Source: Alphaproteobacteria bacterium
Lineage (GTDB): Bacteria; Pseudomonadota; Alphaproteobacteria; Caedimonadales; UBA1908
NCBI GenBank assembly: GCA_013911655.1
Contig: JACESU010000003.1
Coordinates: 65,996-129,995 of the forward strand
DNA: 64,000 nt
Reading direction: 5' to 3'
In this document: positions 58,454 to 64,000 of the stretch, piece by piece
How the letters are laid out: every line of letters starts with the position of its first letter
Numbering within the stretch: position 1 is the stretch's first letter
Program-made: the position numbers and the translations under genes
The notes under the pieces: generated by a model
What the model saw: the letters and a program-made list of their open reading frames with translations, nothing else
Told to the model about the DNA's origin: nothing
Database searches by the model: none

Positions 58454-59326
58454 ATGGAAAAAGTCGCCTCAAAAGAATTCTCCTTTCAATGCCTTGAGGG
58501 TCTTGAGGCGCTTGCGTCCAGCTATGACACGTTCATTGTAGATTTGTGGGGCGTGATTCATGATGGTTACCAAGCGTTCGAGGGGGTAAGTACAGCGCTT
58601 GCGCGCCTTCAAGAGCAGGGAAAGACCGTAGTTTTTCTATCCAACTCTCCTCGCCGTTTTTTCAGCCTTGAAAAGCAGTTATCTGATTTAGGTATCATGC
58701 GTACGCTCTATGAGCGGGTGTATTCATCGGGCGAGGATGCGTACAACGCCTTGACCCAAGATCACCGCGGCAAGATGTGTTACCCCTTGGCGGCGGCCGC
58801 TCACGCGGACCTTTTGGATGATCTTGGATCCCAAGTGACCTATGACGTAAAAGAGGCCGACTTTCTTTTGAATACCGGACCGTACCCCCTTTTGATCGAA
58901 GACCACGAAGCGCTCCTTGCCCAGTGCATGACCCTTGATCTACCCATGATCTGTGTGAATCCTGATATGAGCGTGATTACACGGGGTGTTGAGATTCTCT
59001 GTGCCGGATCCCTTGCTGCGCGCTACAAAGAACTTGGGGGGCGCGTGAGTTATCACGGAAAACCCTTTGAGGCCATCTATACGCGTCTTTGGGAAATCTT
59101 AGGAAAGCCTGATAAAAGCCGTATGATTGCCACGGGTGATTCCCTGAACACAGACGTACAAGGAGGGGCTCACTTTGGGATCGATACCATTTTGGTCATG
59201 AGCGGCCTTGAAGGAAATGCCCTTGGCGCTCGCCCAGGAGAAATCCCTACTCAAGACAGATTGGCTGGGCACTTTGCTCAAAAAGGGATTGCTCCCACCT
59301 TTGTGTTGCCGCAATTTAATTGGTAA
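58454..59326 (+). CDS. HAD superfamily hydrolase, subfamily IIA
   Basis: FIVDLWGVIHDG (DxxG nucleophile motif), LSNSPR, and GDSLNTDVQGG motifs. Confidence 0.7.
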   Translation: MEKVASKEFSFQCLEGLEALASSYDTFIVDLWGVIHDGYQAFEGVSTALARLQEQGKTVVFLSNSPRRFFSLEKQLSDLGIMRTLYERVYSSGEDAYNALTQDHRGKMCYPLAAAAHADLLDDLGSQVTYDVKEADFLLNTGPYPLLIEDHEALLAQCMTLDLPMICVNPDMSVITRGVEILCAGSLAARYKELGGRVSYHGKPFEAIYTRLWEILGKPDKSRMIATGDSLNTDVQGGAHFGIDTILVMSGLEGNALGARPGEIPTQDRLAGHFAQKGIAPTFVLPQFNW

Positions 59327-59388
59327 AGACCGCTCATTTGTCCCTTGCAATGGGGAAAATGTCATGGTAAATCTGAGTCACTGAAAAA

Positions 59389-59464
59389 GCCGGATTAGCT
59401 CAGCTGGTAGAGCAACTGATTTGTAATCAGTAGGTCGGGGGTTCGAATCCCTCATCCGGCACCA
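59389..59464 (+). tRNA. tRNA-Thr (anticodon UGU)
   Basis: GCCGGATTAGCTCAGCTGGTAGAGC, anticodon loop TTTGTAA, TTCGAAT T-loop, ATCCGGCACCA 3-prime end. Confidence 0.92.
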
Positions 59465-59609
59465 CTTTTTCTGCCAACAAATGATCAATCATCTAACGAG
59501 AAACGCTCATAAGCATAACAGCCAGAAATAAAATCCCTATCAAAAACAAGCCAGAAAATCCCCAAATGGGTGTTTTGATGGAAGGTAGCTCTTTTGTATC
59601 AAAGGGCAT

Positions 59610-60374
59610 GTGGTCCATTTGGACGTAAGGTTTCCAAGAAATCAGGTGGTGACCTGTGCGTCTGGCTTTTGTGATTATTGGAAGGCCACGCGGCACACGC
59701 CAGAGCAACAAGTCATGCTTGCCCCCCAAGACTGGTACGTCTCGTTTGAGGCGGATCTGAGGATGCCACTTACAAGAGAAACTCTTGAAACGGTCAATAA
59801 AATTTCAGAAATTCACCTGAATCCTTATTACGCCAAGGGAAAATTTGAAAATGCCTATGATGAAGCAGTGTCCGATTATGCGGTGGTCGTTTTGCAGACG
59901 CCTAAAGATCAGTCTTATCATCCTCTTTCTATTTTTCCTTTATTCTACGCAGACTATTTCGAAGGGGTTATGGGTTTTTTTGAGAAATGTGATCACGGTA
60001 TTGAGCGTCAAGGGACGCATTTCGAGGAAGTTTGCGGGTCTATTGATTCATGGTTCTGCGGAGTTTCCTGTCCTATGCCAGAGAAACAGAAAACAAAAAG
60101 TCATTTTTTAAAAAAGCCGCCTGCTACAAGTCCAAAAAGCGCTGTGGCAAAAGGAGCGGGCCTCATCATGATAGATTATGATCTATATCACAACCCAAGA
60201 CGACGTATTGTGGGGGTTTTTAACGACTACATGCACAAAAATCAGCGAAATAATTTCGATCTAACGACCAGTGAAGAAGCGTTTCGAAACCCAGCGTGCC
60301 TTATGATGTTCAGGCGCCTGTACAACGGAGCCCTTTCTTGTGCGAGCCTTGATGACTTGATGTCGAAACGCTAA
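59610..60374 (+). CDS. Hypothetical Cys-rich protein, no family recognised; start codon uncertain
   Basis: 254-codon open frame next to tRNA-Thr. Candidate starts are GTG 59610, ATG 59715 and ATG 59763, none with a convincing Shine-Dalgarno. Confidence 0.4.
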   Translation: MVHLDVRFPRNQVVTCASGFCDYWKATRHTPEQQVMLAPQDWYVSFEADLRMPLTRETLETVNKISEIHLNPYYAKGKFENAYDEAVSDYAVVVLQTPKDQSYHPLSIFPLFYADYFEGVMGFFEKCDHGIERQGTHFEEVCGSIDSWFCGVSCPMPEKQKTKSHFLKKPPATSPKSAVAKGAGLIMIDYDLYHNPRRRIVGVFNDYMHKNQRNNFDLTTSEEAFRNPACLMMFRRLYNGALSCASLDDLMSKR

Positions 60375-62893
60375 TATTCAGGAAAACGGCCATAAAAGAT
60401 CATTTTAGCGCGCTCTGCCAGGAAGAGATATACAAGCACGATAGCGCCTAAGACACCGTAAAAACTTAACGGCAAGGGCACAAAGCCAAAGTAAGACCCA
60501 AAAGGGGTAAAGGGAATGAGGGCCCCAATCACCACAAGCCCTAAGGATAAAAGGGTCAAAGTCCTGTTGGGTTTGCTTTCGAAAAAAGGCCTCCTTGTGC
60601 GGATCACAAAAATGATCAGAATTTGGGTAGTCAGGGATTCGACAAACCAGGCTGTTTGAAAAAGAGGGACAGAGGCGTTAAACACTTTGGTCATGATCAC
60701 GAAGGTGAGAATATCAAAAAGTGAGCTTAAGGGACCCATAACGAGCATAAAGCGCACAACGGATGTGAGATGCCAACGGCGGGGCTTTTCTAGAAACTCG
60801 CGGTCAACGTTATCAAGGGGTATCGCGATCTCTGATAAATCGTACATCAGGTTGTTTAGAAGAATTTGAACCGGCAGCATGGGCAGAAAAGGCAAAAATA
60901 AGGTCGCCCCTGCCATGCTAATCATATTGCCAAAGTTAGAACTTGTGACCATGCGGATGTATTTCATGATGTTGGCAAAGGTTTTGCGGCCTTCGATGAT
61001 CCCATCATAGACGGCGTTAAGGTCTTGGCGTAGCAAGATCAAGTCGGCGGCTTCTTTGGCAACATCCGCGGCGTTGTCAACGGAAATACCCACATCCGCG
61101 TGTTGCAAGGAAGGCGCGTCATTAATGCCATCGCCCATATAGCCTACCACGTGCCCCAGTTCACGTAGCGTATCGATCACTCGTTTTTTCTGGGCAGGTG
61201 TGACCCGGCAAAATAAGTTACAAGACGTCACCTGCGCGGAAAAAGCTTCATCACTCATCTCGTTCATTTGAGAGCCAAGAAGGACACCTGTCACAGGAAT
61301 CTTTAGATTTTGGCAAAGGTGAAGCGTCACATCTTCGTTGTCGCCTGTCAGGATTTTAAGGGCGACTTTGGCATGGGTCAGGTTTCTCACGGTTAAGTCC
61401 ATACCTTCTTTTACAGGATCGTAAAAGAGCGCAAAACCTGCAAACACAAGATCAGCTTCATCGGTTTTATGGGCTTTTTCTTGGGTTGGGGAGACCTTTG
61501 CCGAGGCGACCCCCAAAAGACGCAGACCCTGTCGTGAATGATGCTTGTACATTTCTTGAAGCTCAAGACGTTTCTTGGCTGTCAAAAGGACAGTGCCATC
61601 CTCGCTTTCATAGTGTGTTGAAAGGGCTAGCACATCTTCGGGTGCGCCTTTCACGCATAAAAGACGCACGCCTTCTTTTTCCACCAGCACAGAGACACGC
61701 CGCCTTTCAAAATCGTATGGGATTTCGTCAATCTTTTTCCAATCACTAAGATCAATGTCCGTGTGAGTTAAGATGGCTTGATCGAGCGGGCTCTTGATCC
61801 CTGTTTCAAAAAAACTATTAAGATAAGCAAGCTTCAGAACTTTTGGACAGCTCGTTCCTTGACAACCAAGATGTTGGGCAAGTTCAATTTTCGCTTGGGT
61901 AAGGGTTCCCGTTTTATCCGTACAAAGAATATCGATGCTGCCAAGATCATGAATGGCTGAAAGTCGTTTAACGATGACTTTTTTACGAGATAGCCGAAGA
62001 GCGCCTCGCGTTAACGTCACTGAAATTACCATCGGCAAGAATTCTGGCGTCATTCCAACAGCCAGGGCGAGGGCAAAAAGAACCGTATCAAGCCATGGTT
62101 TAAAAAAGAAAAAATTAACAATAATCACAAAAAGGACCAACAAAAAGGTCAGACGCATCAAGAGAAAACCAAAATTTTTGGTACCAGCTTCAAAAGGTGT
62201 TTGAGGTTTCTTTTCAGCCAAGGACAAGGCGATATGGCCAAAAAAGGTTTGCTCACCCGTGACGCACACAAACATCTTTGCTTGCCCTGTTAAGACAGAC
62301 GTCCCCATAAAAACAGCATTGGTCGCCTTTTCAATGTCTTTGGCGTTTTCATCTAAATCACGGACTTCTTTTTCAACGGGAAAGCTCTCGCCCGTTAAAA
62401 TCGACTGGTTCACGTAAAGGTTATCTTGAAAAATAAGGCGCCCGTCGGCGGGTACAAGATCACCCGCGGACAAAAGGACGACGTCTCCTGGCACAAGGTC
62501 GCTGACAAGAATGTCATGTTCGATGTTGTCCCTGATCACGCGGGTGCGGTCAGCCACGGAACGGCGTAGTTTTTCAGCTGCGTCACTGGCTTTGTGTTCT
62601 TGAAAGAAATCAAGAATGACGCTCAGGAGTACAATGGCTGTGATAATGAAGAAGGAACTTTTATCCCCTAAAAAACTGGAAAGTCCAGCTGCCGCAAGTA
62701 GCATTAAGACAAGGGGATTTTTGAATTTAAAAAGAAAAAGAAGTATAAGGTGTTTTTTTTTGCTTTTCGAAATAACGTTGTGGCCAAAGATTTGACGCTT
62801 GTGCAAAATCTGCGCGTGAGAGAGACCGTTTGCGTTTGTCTCTAGGATCGTTGTCAGGTGTTCAAGAGGGTCTTGCCAAAATGAGGTGTTCAC
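60371..62893 (-). CDS. mgtA: Magnesium-translocating P-type ATPase
   Basis: CTDKTGTLT phosphorylation site, MGDGINDAPSL hinge, TPEFLPMVISVTL membrane motif typical of MgtA/MgtB. GTG start. Confidence 0.85.
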   Translation of the reverse strand: MNTSFWQDPLEHLTTILETNANGLSHAQILHKRQIFGHNVISKSKKKHLILLFLFKFKNPLVLMLLAAAGLSSFLGDKSSFFIITAIVLLSVILDFFQEHKASDAAEKLRRSVADRTRVIRDNIEHDILVSDLVPGDVVLLSAGDLVPADGRLIFQDNLYVNQSILTGESFPVEKEVRDLDENAKDIEKATNAVFMGTSVLTGQAKMFVCVTGEQTFFGHIALSLAEKKPQTPFEAGTKNFGFLLMRLTFLLVLFVIIVNFFFFKPWLDTVLFALALAVGMTPEFLPMVISVTLTRGALRLSRKKVIVKRLSAIHDLGSIDILCTDKTGTLTQAKIELAQHLGCQGTSCPKVLKLAYLNSFFETGIKSPLDQAILTHTDIDLSDWKKIDEIPYDFERRRVSVLVEKEGVRLLCVKGAPEDVLALSTHYESEDGTVLLTAKKRLELQEMYKHHSRQGLRLLGVASAKVSPTQEKAHKTDEADLVFAGFALFYDPVKEGMDLTVRNLTHAKVALKILTGDNEDVTLHLCQNLKIPVTGVLLGSQMNEMSDEAFSAQVTSCNLFCRVTPAQKKRVIDTLRELGHVVGYMGDGINDAPSLQHADVGISVDNAADVAKEAADLILLRQDLNAVYDGIIEGRKTFANIMKYIRMVTSSNFGNMISMAGATLFLPFLPMLPVQILLNNLMYDLSEIAIPLDNVDREFLEKPRRWHLTSVVRFMLVMGPLSSLFDILTFVIMTKVFNASVPLFQTAWFVESLTTQILIIFVIRTRRPFFESKPNRTLTLLSLGLVVIGALIPFTPFGSYFGFVPLPLSFYGVLGAIVLVYLFLAERAKMIFYGRFPEY

Positions 62894-62972
62894 GGGCGTC
62901 AGTCCTGGCGGGGAGTATACCAGGTTCAGTATGCGCCGATTTAAGTAAGAGGCCTAGAACAGAAAGAAGAAA

Positions 62973-64000
62973 TTAGAGGTTTTGCTGGGAGCCGTGCCGC
63001 TTTTGCACTGTGCGCGCAATCACGACAATGCCAAGAATGGACACAAGACTACTAAATATTAGATAGAACGAAGGTGAGAGAGGATTTTGTGTGGCGTGGG
63101 TAAGGTATGTCGCTATGAGGGGTGTTGTCCCGCCGCCAACTCCTTCTCCGAGAGCGATACTAAAACCAAGGGCTGTATACCGATTTTGTGGAGGAAAAAG
63201 ATCTGTAAAGTAGGAAACGGTGGGCGCAACAAAGCCAGCTGATATGATGACAAGAATGCTTTTGTAAATCAACAGGTGAGAAAATGACACAGCGTGATGT
63301 GAGAGGTAAAAAAGTGGATAAGCAACAACAGCTGTGAGAACACAGGCGCTGATCATCATTTTTTGACGACCCCACTTTTGCGCAAGGGCGCCCCAAATAG
63401 GAAGAAAGCACATTAAAAGGGCCATAAGGCCAGATGTCATCAAAAGTGACTCTGACGCGGAGAAAGATAGCGTTTTGTGTTCCATAAATGAGGACATATA
63501 AACCATCACAAGATTAAAAGGAACAAGTGTGCCAGCCCCAATAAGGGCAGTCCCTAAAATCAAAGGGGTATGGGATTTAAAGGAGTTCCATATGGGATTA
63601 GGACTTTTCGTTGCATCGCTAAGTGTTTCAAAAACGTGTGTTTCTGAAATTTGACGTCGTAATATGAAAGCAATAAGCCCTAATAGGCCCCCAACAAGAA
63701 AGGGGATGCGCCATCCCCAATAGGGCATAGCTTCCTGAACAAAGAGCGCGCCTATGAGTGTTCCCGTAATGGCGCCAAGAAGGCTTGAAGCCGGAACAAG
63801 GCTACATAGAAGCGCTTTTTTGCGAGGGCCACTATGTTCGGCAATAAAAACGGCGGCTCCGGGGTATTCGCCACCTGTGCAGATCCCTTGGAGAATGCGA
63901 CAAAGTAAGACTAAAAGCGGCGCGAAGATTCCGATTTCTTCGTATGTGGGCATGAGACCAATGGCAAAGGTGGGAATCGTAACAAGGATCACAGCAAGGG
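62973..64000 (-). CDS. MFS transporter, metabolite:H+ symporter (MHS, ProP/KgtP-like); N-terminus lies outside the window
   Basis: GGEYPGAAVFIAEHS motif and many hydrophobic segments. The frame stays open to the window edge. Confidence 0.75.
   Translation of the reverse strand, partial: LAVILVTIPTFAIGLMPTYEEIGIFAPLLVLLCRILQGICTGGEYPGAAVFIAEHSGPRKKALLCSLVPASSLLGAITGTLIGALFVQEAMPYWGWRIPFLVGGLLGLIAFILRRQISETHVFETLSDATKSPNPIWNSFKSHTPLILGTALIGAGTLVPFNLVMVYMSSFMEHKTLSFSASESLLMTSGLMALLMCFLPIWGALAQKWGRQKMMISACVLTAVVAYPLFYLSHHAVSFSHLLIYKSILVIISAGFVAPTVSYFTDLFPPQNRYTALGFSIALGEGVGGGTTPLIATYLTHATQNPLSPSFYLIFSSLVSILGIVVIARTVQKRHGSQQNL

Noticed and set aside
59389-60374. Classical genomic island or prophage remnant integrated at tRNA-Thr
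   Set aside because: No integrase, no mobility genes, and I could not find a direct repeat of the tRNA 3-prime end. Only an orphan ORF is present, reported separately at modest interest.
62894-62972. Possible M-box (Mg2+) riboswitch or leader peptide upstream of mgtA
   Set aside because: The spacer is only 79 nt, far shorter than an M-box aptamer of about 160 nt. No proline-rich leader ORF or terminator hairpin is evident.

Overview
The window reads as densely packed core chromosome of a flagellated alphaproteobacterium. The taxon is inferred from gene content and order only: petABC bc1 operon, DUF3576-leuS-lptE-holA, hemE-hemJ-rho-rsmG-parAB, and an ELM1-family gene. I support about 65 protein genes and three tRNAs (Ser-UGA, Pro-UGG, Thr-UGU).

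Main gene blocks:
- lysS, an HPr/EIIA-Man PTS remnant, brnQ and yebC-ruvCAB.
- petABC and kup.
- A flagellar filament block: sigma-54 promoter, fliC, flaG-like, fliD, fliS.
- A FIST plus PAS-GGDEF-EAL c-di-GMP pair.
- tolQRAB-pal.
- An exported zeta-toxin-like kinase with a beta-lactamase-family hydrolase.
- hemE-hemJ-rho-rsmG-parA-parB, greA, dapB, accA, putA and leuS-lptE-holA.
- A minus-strand run: membrane protein, micro-ORF, phaC, phaB, csrA, FliT-like, fliO, fliP.
- gmhA-hldE, two orphan pseudopilin genes, priA, a DUF2157/GDYXXLXY pair, a HAD hydrolase, mgtA and an MFS transporter.

I see no CRISPR array, transposase, integrase, rRNA, or recognisable defence or toxin-antitoxin operon. 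I cannot point to a clear novel multi-gene system.

The most noteworthy signals are:
1. A candidate oriC in the spacer upstream of hemE, with two parS sites 3 kb away.
2. A textbook sigma-54 promoter architecture for flagellin.
3. A flagellin leader carrying repeated CAGGAAG (CsrA-type) motifs, together with a csrA gene embedded in a flagellar export operon without fliW.
4. A signal-peptide-bearing zeta-like kinase operon.

All family calls come from motif recognition by eye. No BLAST or HMM search was run.
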